A stretch of 61,935 bases of DNA, filler included, from Sphacelaria rigidula (Eukaryota), in NCBI GenBank assembly GCA_964200075.2. It is 4 parts of 4 records of this genome, joined end to end, with 100 filler letters (N's around TTAATTAATTAA, not from the genome) between each part and the next. Parts side by side here need not be neighbours in the genome. Positions count along the whole stretch, not along the records: positions 31,020 to 46,427 come from CAXNAA020001762.1; positions 46,528 to 61,935 come from CAXNAA020001763.1; 2 more parts are not named here. One strand, 5' to 3'. Below are positions 44,015-57,311 of this stretch, piece by piece. The stretch's first letter is position 1. Each line of letters opens with the position of its first letter. Below the pieces are notes generated by a model. It did no database searches. It was not told the origin of the DNA and saw only the letters and a program-made list of their open reading frames with translations. A program made the position numbers and the translations under genes.

Positions 44015-46182
44015 TGGCGATGGTCGCGAGAGAAGGCAAACCTGACCGCGTGAAGGTGCATGATGCGACACCACCGCTGATGGCGTAAGGTTCATGTTAA
44101 TGGCGGTAGTAGCGAGAAACGCAACCCTGACCGTGTAAAGGTGCATAACAAGACAACACCGCTCATGGTGTGCAACTGTACGGACTTGTACTTACTGCAA
44201 TGCGTCGTTGGCCCTTTGGCCCGTCATTGTAGGTCATCTGGGTCTCACAAAAACTTGCACACCGCTATCTCACCGCACCACCGTGCAATCCTTGACCATT
44301 ATGCTACGCGACAATGCAAATACAGCAGATACAGTACAAAGGGATGAATACAGTACAGCACGGTAACACAGAGCACACGTAGGAGTGGAACGTTCTCGTA
44401 TAGCGGTACAGTACGCTAGCATAAATGAAAGGGGGTGGCATCGACCTGAGAGCAGCCTCAAGCGAAGACGGAATGGTGCAGAAAAGAAGAGGCCCGAGCC
44501 GAGAGCGATTTCATCAATGTTTCAGAGCGACCCACGAGGGTTATTTGAGTGCCTTTTTACAATCGACAAGGTGACCTGAGAATAGAGATCGTTGACGTAT
44601 TTTGACCCGGGATGAGTGAACAGAAGACCCGAGAGGAGACCATTCCCACAACGTTGAAGGCCGGCCCAAAAATTACGACATGCCGTTCCACCCGAGAGGA
44701 AAAATAAGTGATACTTACGAATGCCACGAATGATGCCGTTTCAGATTTGAAATAAAATTTGGAAAAAAAAAGCTGGGGAAAGTGTTGCACGTAACCACTG
44801 GTGATGATGATAATATGCTGCAGCAGCTGAACAGAAAGGAACACGCATGCGTGCAAGACCAAAATAAGCTCGAGATTTCAAAGTCCTGCCCCGAGAGTAG
44901 ACTCTGCTCAGTCGAGAGCGATGGCACGCTGATGGACTTACATCATTTCATTTCTTCCAATCCTACAGTGTTTCTTTCGATTCATCATATGGACATGATC
45001 GAGCGAAAATGATGCCGATTCCTGAATGCGGCCACGCCACGCCACGCTATAACGCCCATGCGCTCGAAGGTCCGCTGAGACGCAGCACAGGAGAAGGCAT
45101 CGCAACACCACAACGCCCATGCAACACGCAACGCGGAGAGCAGCTGATACTCCATACCCGCGCACCCTAATGCTAGCGAAATCCTAGAGAGAACATCAGC
45201 GAAAAAGACTTCAAAATCAAATGGAGTTGAAATGCTGATTTCAGGGAGCTTCTTAATCCTTTTGGAACTCATTGACGATTCTTGTTTTTGATAATCGACG
45301 TTATTTTCAGTCATTTCCAACTAAAAATCATGCCAATTGACAACAACAAAAATCGGCAATGGGTTCCTAAACGGTAAGGAAACAAGTTGACACCAAAAGA
45401 GGCGTACTCTAAACTAAGTAACGGCGATACGCTGATTCCTCAGAAGACGCTGGCGAAGCGACGACTGTCTGCATGAACGACAGTAGGCAAAAATACTAAC
45501 CGATAGTGCTCTCAAATCAAGCAAAGGCGGAATGCTGCCTTCTGAGAAATCCAGAGCAAAACGGCACCTGTCTGCGGGGAAGACATTTGACCGAAAATGT
45601 TACTTGTACAATTCTTCTTTCATGGTCTCTAATTCAAGCAAAGGCGAAATGCTACCTTCTGAGACGTCTAAGGCAAAATGACACTTGTTTGCAGGGAAGC
45701 AATTCGACCGAAAAAGTAACTTGAAAAATTGATATTGCACATGCATGGGTCGAGCACATGGTCAATTGATCGCAATATCTCTTACTCTGATGATTTCGCG
45801 TGTTCTCACACTACTGTGAACGATTGGTTGCAATCAACAAAAGCACAAGAGGAAAAGGTTTTGAAGAATGCAGTAATCCATTCTACAACACGGTTTTTTC
45901 ACATCACGACAATTTCTTCGAACTCTTCAAACCAAACAGATTCCGAGCTTGATCGTAACAGCCGGAGTGACAGCAGCGATGAACAAAACAAGAAAGCAAG
46001 CAGGCAACAGAGCTGAAGAAAAAAAAAACCGTGAGAAATGACGAAAAGCCCCTCACCTTGGCTAACCTCAACTCTTCGAGATAGCGCAGTTTACTCTTTT
46101 CCTAAACAAACACTGTCAGAAATGACAAAAATCCCCTCACCTGGGCCAACCTCAACTCTCCGAGGTAGCGCAGTTTACTTTC
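44015..46182. repeat. Three separate short tandem duplications
   Basis: 44015-44082/44101-44168 (~85 bp period); 45511-45606/45627-45723 (~117 bp period); 46033-46100/46117-46181 (~84 bp period). Confidence 0.75.
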
Positions 46183-46427
46183 GGCTTCCGCGGGCACTTC
46201 GGCGTCGGGCTTTCTCTTCGTCACTGAGAGAAATGCATCCGCTGCTAGTCGCGGCAGTTCCTGCAGCAACGTAGGGCGATACATTATATTTGTTTAGTGC
46301 GTGTGTCGGGGGGGCGGCGGGGGGGGGAGGGCACACTCATTTGCTGCTTGCCTTAGTCGTTTGACCACAAAGGGGGGGGGGGGGGGGGGGGGGAAGCAAT
46401 AAGTATCCCCAGTATACTATTTCATTC

Positions 46428-46527
46428 NNNNNNNNNNNNNNNNNNNNNNNNNNNNNNNNNNNNNNNNNNNNTTAATTAATTAANNNNNNNNNNNNNNNNN
46501 NNNNNNNNNNNNNNNNNNNNNNNNNNN
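46428..46527. other. Scaffold gap with TTAATTAATTAA linker
   Basis: 100-bp N/linker block. Confidence 0.98.
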
Positions 46528-48325
46528 ATGGGTCCCAAGATATAGAGTTTTTCCCGCCAGGTGACTTAAGCGTATCTTAATTGGTACATTTCCCTCTAAT
46601 TAATTATAAAAATAATGTCATGAGAATCACGTTGATCATTGTAGTCAAAACATAATAGTGACAAATTTCGCAAGAATCATTCTCATAATTATATAATCAT
46701 CATATTGTAAGACAGGCCTGCAAGCAGCGGGAGTGGCTTATTTATCCCAGACTGTAGGTGTGTGTACGCCATAGTGTTTCACTTGGTTAAATTGGAACTG
46801 GGATAACACCTGAGCAATACAAGGAGGAAAGCCGTTGATTCCCCAATTCCTCGTTGTGCGCCAAACAATCAAACAACGGCGCTTCCGACAGGTAGTCTCA
46901 CCTCGACATAATAAGCATGTATGAGAAAAAAAAAACATCGGCAGAAGCAAGAGAGGGGGAGGGAGGACAATGCGTATAGTCCAGCATGCAGCAGAAGAAG
47001 ACGGTCAAATCATACCCAACGATACTGCAGCAGACCCGAAATGATAACACAAGTCAAGAGTCGCGACGTCGCTTGTGGCCTGGCCCGCGACAGGGACAAC
47101 ACGACAGAACCTCGGCTGCATCCCACTGTATACCGCCACTTCCATGGCTATTTGGGGTACATCACGATGCGGTATGGGTACGACCAACATATTTTAGATT
47201 CAGGTACCTCAAATACCCGCTCATTACCGTCAGTCGATACCCTATTAGGAACCCTGGGATACTGAGTAGCTTCGGCAGTCGATATCCAACTTGCCCCGGC
47301 GTGAGAGGGTATCGCACATACCCGGAAAAAAATCACCGCACTCTGGACAAAGGATTGCATTTTCGACAATTGTACTGCGTACAGTATGGGATTCAATTGT
47401 CTGCTGCACTAGACGATAGACGCAATAGTCGATGCAGTAAAAAAAAGATGTTCTGACAATATAACATTTTGTCATAATCCAGGGTGTGGAAAAATCTGGG
47501 ATTGAAGTCCAGGGCACCGTACGCCGACCCATATATACTATACCACTCCAACAGTGTTTGCTGTATGTACTTCAGTCAAATACAGACACAAGACAAACGG
47601 AAAACACCAATAATACTGCACTAAGACCAAAAAAATACACAAAAAAAAACACATAGTGACAAAATACACGCCTCCATATCCATAGACAAACTTATACTGT
47701 ACTGTACTATACTCGAGTGCACCACCGCAGCGACGTGTTCGTATTTTGATGAAATACCTCTTCCAAGTACTAACGGGAATCCTCGGCGTCCACATTCGAT
47801 AGACACAACAGCAAACTCAACGAAGGGAGCAAAAAGAGAGGGAGGGAGAAAAGAAGAAAAACTTGGTACCCCGACAACATCAAAACATGGTCCAGAGGAA
47901 GGAACGCAAGTAAGTCATCACGAGGATTCAATTCATCCCCAAAGCTATGACCCTTGAAAAAAGAGAGCGAGATACGCCCTTTAGCATACACCGCATTCGC
48001 CTTATCTACAACTACACCGGCGCGCAAGTGTGTCGCATCGCTAGGGAGCACCGCACAGCCACACGGGTTTGACAGATGTATGGTTTTAGCTCCGCGCTTC
48101 CGTACACACCACGACAAAAAACGGAAGATGTTTTGCACGTATTTTTCTCGAAGCTTCCTGTGAGGGGAAAACAACGCCAACGAAACGTACCGTGCATGCA
48201 AGTACCATGGAGCTCCATGAACAGACGAATCGCTAATGCATACCCCCAACCACCACACCGGTCCTATACCACCCTTGACCGTCGCACGTATCTATAGTAC
48301 CTCACTTTCATGATTTTGCATAATT

Positions 48326-48517
48326 TTGAAATATTTCACACCTTGGACAATATATGGTCAATAGTTGCAATATACAAGAAACGTACTGCATAAAGTACAG
48401 CCCTATTGCGACTTTTGTCGGCCGGCAATATTTGCAGTAGGGCTATACTTTATGCAGTACACTTCTCGTCTATTCCTTTTATTGGCCATATGTTGTCCAG
48501 GGTATGAAATATTTCAA
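48326..48517. repeat. 192-bp imperfect palindrome/hairpin
   Basis: TTGAAATATTTCA..TGGACAA..GTACTGCATAAAGTACAGCCCTATTGC pairs with GCAGTAGGGCTATACTTTATGCAGTAC..TTGTCCA..TGAAATATTTCAA. Confidence 0.85.
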
Positions 48518-49659
48518 TCGTATCTCTTCGTTTGTTCCTTCTCTGAAAAAAAAAAAACTCTCGCAATCTGTGCCTTTCGTATGATATGTCTTCGTTTCCA
48601 GATGGGAAACTTTCCAGAGGGGAAACGGACAAGACATTTGAGGGAATAAATTACATGAAAAGAAAAATCGGAAACATGAAACATAAGCATAATTTTTAGA
48701 GAGCGTGCGTGCGTGGCTTGTGTCAAAACTTGTTTTTTCGACAACGTACAGCCCACCCATGAAAACGCAGTGCAAACAAAACATATCACAAGAACATCAA
48801 CGAGAATCAATAATGTGTAGAAAAAAAATCAGCAAAGCAAACCTCTTTTTTCAACCAAACAACACAAAAGCTACGGGTGTACCGTGTATCAAGCATGACG
48901 CAAGACACTCAATTCACACACGTTTATCCTGCGCTCCCCCCTTCCCCCCCACCGGAGATGATACTCGGAATGAAACATGACAACTGACATGTACACGATA
49001 CACCCCGCACTACCGCCTGCGCTGTATACGTCACGGCCACAGCACGACTGTAAAGCACACAATAACGACTACGGCGACGACAGCAACAACAAGTAAAAAA
49101 ATCAACGATTTTCCGCTGTGTCGCAAGCAAGGGGCCGAGCGAACCAGCCGCCCCTCCTTCTTCGCGGAAGAAAAAAGAAAAAAGAAGATGAAGGAACTGG
49201 AACTGACTGACTTGTTACCCACCGACACGACTTTTTTTTTTCCCCCAAGTACAAAACAAAGAAACACGGACACCTCTCCAGGCACACGAGACTCTTTCAT
49301 GTATGCCATGTGTATGTCGCGTATTTGTGTACGTTTGCCATGCACATACCGTACCGACAAGACACGGAGTGCTGTACACCACCTAGGGCGATTCCGAAAA
49401 TAGAAAAAGAGATCAACTTCATGTTTTCTCTGTGCACAAAGCCCCGGCCTTCCTTGAAAAATCTGTGAACCGCAAAGATCTCGACGAGACAGTTTCAAGG
49501 TTACGCAAGTTCTCGGCGCCGCAGTCACCGCACTTGTACAACTCAAAAGACTCATCGCTTCACACCATGTATTGCCCCGGGTGACGTTCTCCGCCACCCA
49601 AGGTATTTAGTGCGTAGAGCGTTCGTACCCTTCGCATTATGGGTAACTAGGGGTCCCCC

Positions 49660-49716
<57 letters not shown>

Positions 49717-51209
49717 CAAAAAACCCACCACCATAAAAAAAAAAAACAACCCCCCACCCACNNNNNNNNNNTTTACTGCGTAATGCGTTCGTACCCTTAT
49801 CATTATGAGTAACTAGAGGTCCCCCTCCCCCTCCCCCTCCCCCTCCCCCTCCTCACCCCCTTACCCCCCCATGCAGAAAAAAAAACTTCTGTAGAACGAA
49901 AAAATAAAAACGCGCCCCTCAAATACTGTGCTGTACCCTCCCCTCCCCTATCCAAAAACGAATTCCATTCGAAATGTAAATGAACGATTTTAGCGTGTTG
50001 GAGTGAATACTCTCATGATGAAAAAAGTAACATGTACTCTCCCCTGGACTGACATATTTCTCGGCGACTCATCCTATAGATAAAGACTGATAGACGTAGG
50101 TACATATATATGTATATATATATATCGTTCTGCCTACTACTGTTCTTTGCTACGAAGCAGCACTCCGACACCAGTGAAACAAACACATGCGCATACACGC
50201 ATATAGTACTCACACACAAACATATAAATACTTACACGGGCCATTTTCGCGGCCCGGTCAAGCCCCTGAGGATCACATGCGAAATATGGACCCTGGTTGA
50301 ACCGCTGTGATGATGCCCAGGCAACTTGCTTGTGCTTCGGTCAAGCACCATGAATGTACCCAGAGGCTTCGGGGGTCCGCGACATAAACGCCTACTTGCT
50401 CATCGGATGTGGCGCTCCTGGAATAAAGAGGAGTTGGTCAGCTACAGCTCGGGGGTTACCGATATCAAAGGTCCACCGATAGCGTTGCGTCGAGGAGAGA
50501 GGTCTGACGTTCGAGTGGTCACCTTCCCCCGCGGGTATGCCTTCTTGTGTCTTCTGCGGTGTTCAATATTTTGGGTTCAAGCTCACGAACGTTTTCATCT
50601 CGCGGTGAACCTTTGAAAGGGAAAAAAGGATACAATTTTGTGACACACACCTCGAAAAAAATCGTGCTTGACAATTTTTGTCGAGCGAAGATTCAAGTTG
50701 CCGTCAACACCTGACGATTTCACCACCAGAAGAAAAAGAATAACGAGAAGAGCAAACCACGACGCCGAAGACATCAAAGGTAACCAGCCGACCCTGGAAC
50801 CCTCTCGGGGTTTTCCTGGCAGAGGCAGGGAAAAAAACAGTTGAGACGTCACCCTATCGACGACGATGCTCACTGCCCTCAAGGTGAGGTAGTCCTCCGT
50901 CTGAAAGCTGACACATACAACACTCACACACACGTACGTGCGCACGCACACACAAACACACACACGCGCGCCTCCTCTCAAAGGAGTGCAGCCTCACGAG
51001 CAGCGAAGCACCACCTCCCCTCCTCGCTCTTCTTTTCCCGCCCCCCTCGACCGTCTCCTGCCGCCGCCCCGCGGCAATTAGCTGGTTGTCTCCTCTACCC
51101 CCCCATCCTCACTGGGTGCAGCAACGGACGTCGACTGCCGCTGGGATGGCGGGTGTGCGTCCCACCTCCGCCCCCGCCGTCTCCACAGCCGCGACTGGCC
51201 TCCTGGGCT

Positions 51210-53293
51210 TCAGGAAGACGCCCGGATTTCAGCCAAGACCATTTTCCACTGCACCACAACAGGGTCCTCGGCCATCCAGATCCACCTCGGCGCCTCCCGA
51301 TTAGTCGCTACCGGTGCAAGAGGAGCAGCAGCAGCAGCAGCAGCAGTAGCAGCAGCTTCCACAGCTCCCTTCTGGCCGTTCGCATTGTCAGGCGTTTCCT
51401 GCGTGCTGACACTGCTGCTTCCGCGACTGGCGGTGTTTTGTTCTTCCGATGCGAGCATGAGGGGTTGTTGAGGGTGCAGAGTCTCGTCATCACTGCTGAT
51501 AATTGTGCTGCTACCGCTGCTGCTGCTGCTGCTGTCGCCATCGTTGTTTTTCTTGTCGTTGCTGTCAACGTTGACATTGCTCTTGTGTTGGCGTTGGCAG
51601 TGGCGATGGTAGTGGCGGCGGTGATGGCGGTGGTAATTGCTACCGTCGTTATTCACCTGTTCTCCGCCTGTGTCATGTTCCAGATCGGTTCTCTTCGTAG
51701 AGACACACCCGTCGTCGATACTGTGCGGCGGTGTTACTGGGGGTGTAGCGCCGGGTGGTGCCGGAAGGCTGGCTCTCTTTTTTTCACGATAACTCGACGG
51801 GGGCGTGTACAGCCGGGGAGGCGGTTGGTTCTGGTGGTCGGGGTAGAGGTGGGGGGGCGGAGATACAGGGATGGAGTGGGCGACAGAACATCCATGTTTT
51901 GTTTTCGATTTTTTTTCCGTCACACTTTAACAACCCCGTGTTGCCTCGGGACAAGCGTGTGGTGCCAAGGAACCCACAGTCAGAGGACCGGGTCCTATCT
52001 GTCCGGCGACATGCCGTTGCATTTGTGTTATCGAGCGTTTGAGATCGTGGGGAAAAGACGAGAAAGGACAAGGCAACACGGAAATTCTCCATCGCAGTGC
52101 TCTGCGTTGTAACCCCTGTCGAAGCTTGTTCGAAGCGGACGCCGGGTATGCCTACGTATACGGGCCATCAACTGTCGAGGTTCAAATCATCAAGTGAGAA
52201 AAATGACTGTAAGACTCTGCGACCACTTGTATCGTCTCTATTGGGGGCAGAGGGCGGTACCAAAGGGACCACGCTTGTTGGCCAATCATCGTCGTGGTAC
52301 GATGCCGAGGAGACAGGTCCCTGTGCCCTCCTTCCTACCCTGTGCACAAGCTTGCGAAAAAAAGCATGAAGCCGAGAAAATATGTACGTTCCTCTCTGTA
52401 CAACAAACTACGCTTGTTCCGTAGAACACACAAAATCAAAAATACAGAGACAGGAGGGGTTGAACTGTACCAATAATGCCAAGAGCCGAGTGGTTGGATT
52501 ACGCGGGCGGAAACCTGAACTGCCTTTTGAGGTCCAACCAATTCTTCACCTGTTTCACTGGCCGATGATGTTTGTCGACGAGCGATAGTCAAAGAGCGGC
52601 AGAGTCCGCGTTCTTCTCGGACGAGAGTTGAGTCCGGCATACGGCACTTACAGCGCATATCACCACCCCCCAGCTACATTCTCCAACATAGTGTACAGTG
52701 GAAGAAACGGGGGGGGGAAGTAGTGTTCTGGATTTGTCTCACCAAACCCCGTCTTGTACATTTTCCCAACAAAGCGGATGTAATCCGGGAAAGCGATTCC
52801 AAGGGAAAATTTCTTCGAGATGCTGGATTACCGCACCCAACCAGCGCTTTTAGTTCAATTCAATCTCGCCCTCAAACAGCTTGGTATTTACAAACAACCC
52901 CCCCCCCGCCCGCCCGCCCCTGTTTCGTCTCGAAAGACATACGGGCTAATCGTCAAAGGACGAAGGCAAGCAACGAATGAGTACGCCACCCCAGCCCCCG
53001 GCCCCAACCAAACAGGTCGCGCATGCTCCTCAGGTTTCACGCCTCTCACCGCTCTCTCTCCAAGCTGATGCCGTCTGTCCGGCGTGTTGAGCCATGTGTA
53101 CGCGACCCAAGATATGTCGTCCGCTTCGCTCTGCCGCGGACACCTTCTACCCTTGCGCGTTCTCCTCGAGGTTCTGGGCGGGGAGTAGTCGCCCGCGTCT
53201 CCCCCCGCCCTCCAACGGTAACAGCACGACTGCCCTTCCGCCCGGCCTTCCCCTCTCTCATGCATCGAACATGCTTCAAATGGATCAGCTGTC
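51210..53293 (-). pseudogene. Possible hypothetical or decayed multi-exon gene with low-complexity Pro/His/Ser/Ala-rich exon
   Basis: 237-codon ORF 51210-51923 with coding-like low complexity. Plausible exons 53293-53050 and 52674-52516 join in phase 0, but an in-frame TAA lies at ~51927-51929. No domain recognised. Confidence 0.3.
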
Positions 53294-55234
53294 CTGTTTT
53301 TATCGAATTTTTTCACAGAAGAGTTCGGGGACACGGGCGCAGTCAGCAAACAGAAAATATAGGTTAGGCACCGGACGAGCTGGAGTGAACCCTCCAAGGA
53401 TGTACTAGATACGGTAAATAGCGGTGTATTTTACTCTGCCGAATGTTATTGATGCCATGGTCCCATCTCCAATTTCTACTCAGTATGGGGTAAAGTTGGG
53501 GCACGATAGCAAAACTTTACCCCAAATCTGGGGATTATTGAGTACGATCTCAATACTGGACCAAAACTTTCGGTGCTTAGAGTGCGATCTTTCGGCACAG
53601 GACCCTTACATGGGGATGATTTTGTAGCGAATTCAATTATTTGCGCGAAGCGCGATCATGGCCGAGCGTTCAAGATCAGCACACGGCAAATACTGAGGAC
53701 CCGTTTGAAAATCAAGCGAATAACTAAAATATGGGACATGTCCTGTTTCACTACACTACAGCACAACCACCCTAACGTCTGCTCTCATACGTGCTGGATC
53801 CATCACTGTTCTGTGGTACGTTTTGACCTTCCGAAGACGGCTTGGTCTCCGTTGGGATTGCCTGGGGTGCGGTATTGCTGTATTCGTCTCTCTGTAGAAC
53901 ATAGTATCTGACAGGACGCAGTGCTGTCTTCACACTGCCTGTTGAAACCTTCACGGTGAGCTGACTGTTTCATCTTCCGTGAAACAAACAAAGGTACTGC
54001 CTAGACCCATCATTGGCGCGATACCAAACATGGCTGGATAAAGACACAAGCAGCGCCGGTACACACCACTCGACCGGCTGGGCCAGACCCCGTGCTCCGT
54101 TGAGAGGAGCAACCCACAGCATAGTGCGGATATACTGCACCGCCAGGGTACTGACTGCACCCGGCAGCATGGCGGCCGCTGCCGCTGACGTCGGCGCAAG
54201 GGCTCGCGGCCACGAAAAGACACCACCAGCTACACTGAGATGGAGACATACCGATACACGAGCGTTGTAACGATCGCCTGCGGCGGCAATGTACCTTTCG
54301 CTGTCGAATTTGCCCGCTTGCTGCTTTGTTTTTCTGCTGTTGCTCTATCCGTCCCGGCGCGATTGTTCATTCATGTGCTGTAGTACGTACACTGCAGGTG
54401 TGACTTTGAGTGTGCGAGCCGATCACAAGCACTTTCCACTAGATGATGAATTTACTACAAAGGTTGTATTTTGTTGTCGCTGGATTCGGCTGATTCCTTA
54501 CTGAAGGGCCTCCGATTGGTTGAATTTCGCAATCCACTACAAAAATATATCCCCATGTATGAACATGCGCCGCGCCCCGGCGGTGTAGTGGTCCGACTGT
54601 CGCCATTAGGGTGGAGAGAACGGGTGTTCTATGTCCGATGCGTTGAGTTTTTTCTTCGTGGTACGTGATTTCCACCGTGGAAAGCGTAAGAACGTGAGTA
54701 AACAACATAGTCGACTGGGTTTGTGTGACGTGAATTGACGCGGTGCGGGAGTGCTGACCCAATCCGCGAGATCCAAATGGAAGGTGCGTACCGGGGGAGA
54801 GATGGGTTATCAATTCCTTGAGACCACGGACTCATCCCGAGGAAGAGGAGGGGTTCAAAATGTGAGAAGAAAAAACAAAATGGACGTAGTGCCGATCTTC
54901 GGGATACCCACATGTAGGAACTACAATACCCAACACACCCTTGGAACCATTCTTGCTCGGGGAGGAACGTAGTGTGTGTCCCGTTGACGGGGGCAGCACA
55001 TGCGGCAGGCTTTGGCACACAATCCACCAAAATCAAACGTGAACCTGGGGGACTCGATGCCGCTGCGATATTAAAAAAACAACTCGAGAAGTGCGTAGCT
55101 GCACATCAGCTGAGCACGTTGTGCGATTGACCTTGCACAAATCTGTTGGAATGATCCAATGGGGGAACGGTGGTTTGTGTGAGACGCGCGCACATCTCAC
55201 GCACACCAAAGGGTCAGCGTTGGACACGCACACG

Positions 55235-55575
55235 GCCGGTCGCCCCTGTAGCTCAGTTGGTAACCTCGAACCCTTGTGACGGTTGGGACGCGAGTTTGGA
55301 TCTCGGTGAAGCCCAACCCAATGATGGAGAGCGACCATGTCGTGGGTACATAATTTGCTCGACTTTACCGTCGACGAGGGAAAGGGACAGCTGGATCCTC
55401 TTCACGACAAAGACATGAGGGAAACACAGCAGAAGAAATGTTGCTAGACACAAGATGAAAAAGCCTGTGTTGACCTTCATACTGTGCGGCCCCCGCTGAT
55501 GCGCCCGCATATACCGAACGGTGTAGCCTGGCGTCCAGAATAGATGAGGTGACAATTCACACACAGGAGGCCAGC
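55235..55575 (+). mobile_element. tRNA-derived SINE-like element
   Basis: 5' GCCGGTCGCCCCTGTAGCTCAGTTGGT (Pol III A-box-like), degenerate B-box GAGTTTGGATCTC; body homologous to 15115-15410. Confidence 0.7.
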
Positions 55576-55754
55576 TTTCTTCCAATACAGCACAGATTTC
55601 CGTTGAACAAGAACTACCGTGCGTAGATGAGCTTAGGGTTAGTATTACCCGAACCCTAAGCTGGAGCCAAAGCGGGTGAGAGGTGAGTGTCTGGGCGCGT
55701 TCTCTCGGGGCTCGGTGTGTAGGTGTTATATTGGCCTTGTTGCACCTTGTTTGT

Positions 55755-55850
55755 AGCAGTACAGAGTGCACAGATGTTGGACGAACGGCACATTTCTAAA
55801 ACTGCCGCACTTCTGAAGCTGTGCACAGATCTGGGCTTTCGAGTCTGGAA
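55755..55850 (-). repeat. Partial copy of the internal region of the 383-1109 MITE
   Basis: Reverse complement AAAGCCCAGATCTGTG.ACAG...TGCGGC.GTT...GCCGTT.GTCCAA.ATCT aligns with 496-570. Confidence 0.7.
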
Positions 55851-57216
55851 AAAAAAAATGTCGGTAGAAAAGAGTCGACGTGGTCGTTGCAAGACCAATC
55901 GTTTTCTTCCAAACCGATTATGAGAAAAACGGATGTTTCTCTCCATCAGATCGCGCGTATAGGCCGTATCGAGCCGAAAAAATAACTCGAGAAAAAACGA
56001 GGAAGGAAGCCTGCCTGACTGCCTGCCTGCCCACAACGAGAACTTTGTGTCCTAACGAGGAACACAAAACGGACACTGTTGCATTCGCTCATGTTTTTTC
56101 GGACATCTCTGGAATTCTCGGCGTTGGGCGATCCGGCGTTCAGACTTCTCCGAAAATGAAGCGGCCAAAGCCCCATTTTTGGAGAAGTCTTGACAGCTCT
56201 GTATGTTGCTTGTGGCGCTCCCAAGCGTTCGAGAGTCATCAGGAACCTTGTCAGTGAGATTCTGAGCAATGTCGGAGAGTACAAAACGCCGTGGTTGGCG
56301 GTGTCCATCTTCTAAGACAAGAGTGTGCGTCGGCAGCGGTGGTTGTGCTGTCGGGATCAAGTGCGGTGGTCACCGTCTGCGGACATACACACTCGATGGC
56401 TGCCAATCGGAGAATCCTGTCTTCTCATATCGGTTGTTGGTTACGTCCTTAGTCGGTGGCCCTGCGGTGCCCACTGTTGTGTGTCTGTATCTACTCTGCT
56501 GCCCTGAATCCCTTGGGCCTTCGTGAATCCCTTGGGCCTTTTCCTTTTTTTTTCATCGTTGCACTGTACTTTATTTCATTTGCTCTGTATTTTCCTCTTA
56601 TTTTTGTGCTTTGCTTGTGTCGACGTTTTCATGACCTTTTTTTTGTTTCGTCTTGTTCGACCCTCTTTTTTTTTCTCTCTGTTCCTTCTTTTTCTCAGGG
56701 CGTGGTCTTGGGTACCTCCGTCATGAGACCACGGCCAGACCCCTGGGGGGTCAGTTGAAGTGAGACAATCAATCAAAAACACACTTTTGAAGTGGAGAGC
56801 AGCCCGTAGCAACCTACTTGCCTGCTCTGTTGCTACGAGTGTGTACGATACCGAACCGGCTGTGATGTCTACAGCTGGTGCGTGTCGTGGGGGAAATCTT
56901 GACACACAATTAGCAGAAAGCAAGCATATGCTGCAAACTTTGCACTACGCTTTCGGGCGCCTCTTGCTCTATTCGACAGCGACTTCATGATGCCGCTCAT
57001 AACCCCGGCGTCGATGTAGACGAGAACGCGTTCTACGCACGCCAGGAGCACAGCCCCCATTGAAGATCCAGATTTAGGTGCCTACACTAAAACCGAGTCA
57101 TAAATTTCCATACCTACCAAGTGGTCAACTCTGACTGATTCCAACCACAGCGTCAACATTCATCACGATAGCTGAAATCACAATCCATCATATATATATA
57201 TATATATATATTCCGT

Positions 57217-57311
57217 TTCCACCGCACATTTTCGATCGAAAGATAATCCGCCTACTCTCAAGTGCCTGTCTTGCCACTTTTTTTTTCGATCGAAAAAATG
57301 GGGCGGTGGAA
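57217..57311. repeat. Short inverted repeat with TTTCGATCGAAA cores
   Basis: TTCCACCGC.CATTTTCGATCGAAA / TTTCGATCGAAAAAATGGGGCGGTGGAA. Confidence 0.6.

Noticed and set aside
39500-46300. LTR retrotransposon
   Set aside because: No paired LTRs, primer-binding site or RT/integrase motifs found; residual motifs fit MULE better.
49605-49860. Direct repeat around a poly-C tract
   Set aside because: The copies straddle a 10-N gap next to a long homopolymer; most likely an assembly overlap artefact.
50841-52112. 423-aa plus-strand ORF
   Set aside because: No ATG start, no domain, built from microsatellite and low-complexity tracts; best explained as the antisense shadow of a minus-strand frame.
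55235-55320. Possible tRNA gene
   Set aside because: No clean cloverleaf or T-arm, and it continues into a dispersed repeat body, so treated as a SINE head.
55631-55661. TTAGGG-containing mini-hairpin (and degenerate TAGGG units near 26790-26817) as telomeric signal
   Set aside because: Only one or two degenerate units; too short to support.
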